A stretch of DNA of 64,000 bases, taken from positions 64,001 through 128,000 of the forward strand of contig CBDFFH010000049.1 in NCBI GenBank assembly GCA_965246715.1. The letters run 5' to 3'. The notes below the pieces were generated by a model. The model saw only the letters and a program-made list of their open reading frames with translations, made no database searches and was not told where the DNA came from. The stretch's first letter is position 1. Each line of letters opens with the position of its first letter. Position numbers and translations under genes: made by a program. Shown one piece after another: positions 62,944 to 64,000 of the stretch. The DNA is from Chamaesiphon sp. Lineage in GTDB: Bacteria; Cyanobacteriota; Cyanobacteriia; Cyanobacteriales; Chamaesiphonaceae.

Positions 62944-64000
62944 CTATTTCAGGACTTTTTCGAGGGCGACGATCAGTCGATCGACACTATCTTTGCGACT
63001 GTTATAACCCATCAACCCTACCCGCCAAACTTTACCCGCTAATTCGCCCAAACCGCCACCGATTTCGATATTATGCTCGACGAGCAACTGCCGTGCAATG
63101 GCTTTGCCATCGACACCATCAGGGATGCAGACAGTCGTGAGCGTCGGCAACCGGAATTGCTTTTCGACGTGCATTTTCAGCCCGATCGCTTCTAAGCTCG
63201 ACCATAGATACTCGACATTTTCCTGATGACGTTGCCAACTCCGATCGATGCCTTCAGTTGCCACCAGTCGCAGTGCTTCCCGCAACCCATAGTAAAGATT
63301 GATTGGTGCCGTATGGTGATAGACGCGCTCCGCACCCCAATATTTACCCAACAACAGCATATCTAAATACCAATTGGGCACCTTTGTCTGACGATTCGAT
63401 AATTTCTCCAGCGCACGCGGACTCATCGTAAATGGCGATGCCCCAGGCGAACAACCCAAGCCTTTCTGAGAGCAACTATAGGCAAGATCTACCCCCCACT
63501 CATCCAGGTGAATCGGCACCCCACCCAGGCTGGTTACGGTGTCTAACAGGAGTAAACAATCATACTCGCGACAGAGTTCGCCCACACCTTCGATCGGTTG
63601 TCTGCACCCAGTAGATGTCTCAGCATGAACCAATCCGAGGATTTTGGGACGGTGGGTTGCCATTGCCGTGCGGAGTTCGTCAAGTGAGAAATTTTGTCCC
63701 CACGGCTTGGAGATTGTCTGCACCGCCGCGCCATAACGTCCTGCCATATCGACCAAGCGATTGCCAAAATATCCGGCGACCCCAATTAGCATCACATCGC
63801 CAGGTTCGACGATATTCGCGATCGTGGCTTCCATCGCTGCCGAGCCAGTACCGCTGACGGCGATCGTGTGCAGGTTGTCTGTCTGCCAGACGTAACGCAA
63901 TAGCGACTGAATCTCATCCATAATCTGCAAGAATGCTGGATCGAGATGTCCCAATGGCGGAGTACTCATTGCCTGAAGTACTGTGGGATGCGCGTTACAT
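62944..64000 (-). CDS. Alanine-glyoxylate / serine-pyruvate aminotransferase (class V); true start lies beyond window end
   Basis: Frame stays open to the edge (CNAHPTVLQAMSTPPLGHLDP); VHAETSTG, DTVTSLGG, SCSQKG PLP lysine, YHHT. Confidence 0.93.
   Translation of the reverse strand, partial: CNAHPTVLQAMSTPPLGHLDPAFLQIMDEIQSLLRYVWQTDNLHTIAVSGTGSAAMEATIANIVEPGDVMLIGVAGYFGNRLVDMAGRYGAAVQTISKPWGQNFSLDELRTAMATHRPKILGLVHAETSTGCRQPIEGVGELCREYDCLLLLDTVTSLGGVPIHLDEWGVDLAYSCSQKGLGCSPGASPFTMSPRALEKLSNRQTKVPNWYLDMLLLGKYWGAERVYHHTAPINLYYGLREALRLVATEGIDRSWQRHQENVEYLWSSLEAIGLKMHVEKQFRLPTLTTVCIPDGVDGKAIARQLLVEHNIEIGGGLGELAGKVWRVGLMGYNSRKDSVDRLIVALEKVLK

Overview
Cyanobacterial chromosomal window. Evidence: psaA, ndhCKJ, ndhM, psb29, an rrn operon with tRNA-Ile/tRNA-Ala spacer, and dense CGATCG/GCGATCGC (HIP1-type) palindromes. 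A Chamaesiphon-like host is my impression only. Most genes are housekeeping: recO, miaE, uvrA, pyk, menE, coaBC, transporters, hydrolases and a hybrid histidine kinase. Five things stand out. (1) A stand-alone 1348-aa membrane-bound Pls/PosA-family NRPS (13344-17390) whose A-domain pocket reads as a lysine code, directly behind a GH25 lysozyme; a candidate epsilon-poly-L-lysine-type polymer synthetase in a phototroph. (2) A two-gene unit (52122-55935) pairing a secreted Thr/Asn/Ser/Gly-rich protein with a predicted outer-membrane beta-barrel; a candidate uncharacterised surface fibre/amyloid export system. (3) A three-layer nested insertion (22821-24585): an intact IS4 inside a 48-bp hairpin element inside an IS4-derived miniature element, each layer with its own target duplication. 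(4) Several MITE-like elements that mix different IS-type ends with different REP-like palindromes. (5) An orphan 2H-phosphoesterase-like gene upstream of uvrA. No CRISPR array was seen. All family calls come from motif recognition by eye, not database searches.
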